A DNA stretch of 63,156 bases, counting the filler, from Octopus bimaculoides (Eukaryota): assembly GCF_001194135.2 (NCBI RefSeq). It is 5 parts of 5 records of this genome, joined end to end, with 100 filler letters (N's around TTAATTAATTAA, not from the genome) between each part and the next. Parts side by side here need not be neighbours in the genome. Positions count along the whole stretch, not along the records: positions 58,323 to 63,156 come from NC_068987.1; 4 more parts are not named here. One strand, 5' to 3'. Numbering within the stretch: position 1 is the first letter of the stretch; every line of letters starts with the position of its first letter. This document shows, one piece after another, positions 62,788 to 63,156 of the stretch. The notes under the pieces were generated by a model. The model worked only from the letters and a program-made list of their open reading frames with translations. It made no database searches and was not told the DNA's origin. The position numbers and the translations under genes are program-made.

Positions 62788-62968
62788 CCTGTAAGTTCAC
62801 CGTCATCAGTTCATAGCAGGGAAAGTTCACCGTAAGGGATGTTCACTGCGAGGAAATTGCACCACAAGGAAACTATCAATGGTAAGATACTATGGATATA
62901 TTTTCGCAGTAAACTTTCCTTGCGGTGAACTTCCTTCACGGTGAATCAATGGCGGTGAACTTGCCTGT
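62788..62968. repeat. Foldback element made of ~15-bp subrepeats
   Basis: The left arm repeats AAGTTCACCG variants and the right arm repeats CGGTGAACTT variants. Confidence 0.7.
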
Positions 62969-63103
62969 AATCGGATGCCACAGTAAGTGAGAGAGAGAGA
63001 TATATATATATAAAGGGAGAGAGGGGGAAGAGAGAGATAGAGAGGGACAGAGAGGGATAGAGGGGGATAGAGAGGGATAGAGAGGATGAGAGAGTGAGTG
63101 AGT

Positions 63104-63156
<53 letters not shown>

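Overview
AT-rich eukaryotic genomic DNA, dense in microsatellites, SINEs and transposon relics. The repeat content looks like a coleoid cephalopod, probably Octopus (inference, no database search possible). Four identical 100-bp assembly linkers (N44-TTAATTAATTAA-N44) split the window into five joined pieces, so adjacency across them is not guaranteed. Piece 1 (1-26859) holds three intron-containing genes reconstructed by hand with matching splice phases: LSM11 (minus, 4 exons, 298 aa); a divergently transcribed CCDC166-like coiled-coil gene (plus, 7 exons, 304 aa) with an RFX X-box just upstream; and a 3-coding-exon gene for a 90-aa secreted cystine-knot (agatoxin-like) precursor with a signal peptide, a propeptide ending in EER and a 9-Cys mature peptide. 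The rest is mostly mobile DNA: Tc1/mariner, hAT, Helitron, RTE, Tx1/L1-like, R2/R4-like, Gypsy and SINEs. Best hunt results: the toxin/neuropeptide-like knottin gene, a structurally complete minimal type I hammerhead ribozyme with a compensatory U3-A8 core (56846-56902, minus), an orphan double X-box/NRF1 promoter with candidate unannotated exons, and an old inverted duplication that retains splice sites.
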